A DNA stretch of 6,963 nt, taken from positions 1-6,963 of the forward strand of contig NW_021829187.1 of assembly GCF_006345805.1 (NCBI RefSeq). The letters run 5' to 3'. Below, piece after piece: positions 6,961-6,963 of this stretch; within the stretch, counting starts at the first letter, position 1, and every line of letters starts with the position of its first letter. The translations under genes and the position numbers were made by a program. The notes below the pieces were generated by a model. The model was not told the DNA's origin, ran no database searches, and saw nothing but the letters and a program-made list of their open reading frames with translations. This DNA is from Octopus sinensis. Taxonomy: Eukaryota.

Positions 6961-6963
6961 GAG

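Overview
Eukaryotic, AT-rich, microsatellite-dense genomic DNA that is almost entirely a mosaic of decayed mobile elements. The SINE sequences and the (GATA)n/(GGT)n/(TA)n landscape resemble, from my recollection only, those of Octopus/coleoid cephalopods. Best-supported features: (i) a 5'-truncated Tc1-family DD34E transposase fossil on the minus strand (~1876-3012), readable through five stops and about five frameshifts; (ii) a Helitron Rep/Hel N-terminal fossil (+, ~6370-6726); (iii) four tRNA/CORE-type SINE copies in two head-to-tail pairs; (iv) a near-perfect ~67-bp-arm foldback (5100-5296); (v) a Penelope-type terminal-repeat fragment carrying a degenerate minimal hammerhead-ribozyme motif (minus, 6830-6868). 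None of the ORFs in the supplied track looks like an intact gene. One 106-bp candidate spliced exon (3759-3864) of an unidentified host gene is possible. I see no evidence for an intact novel multi-gene system; the hammerhead-like motif and the foldback are the items most worth a second look.
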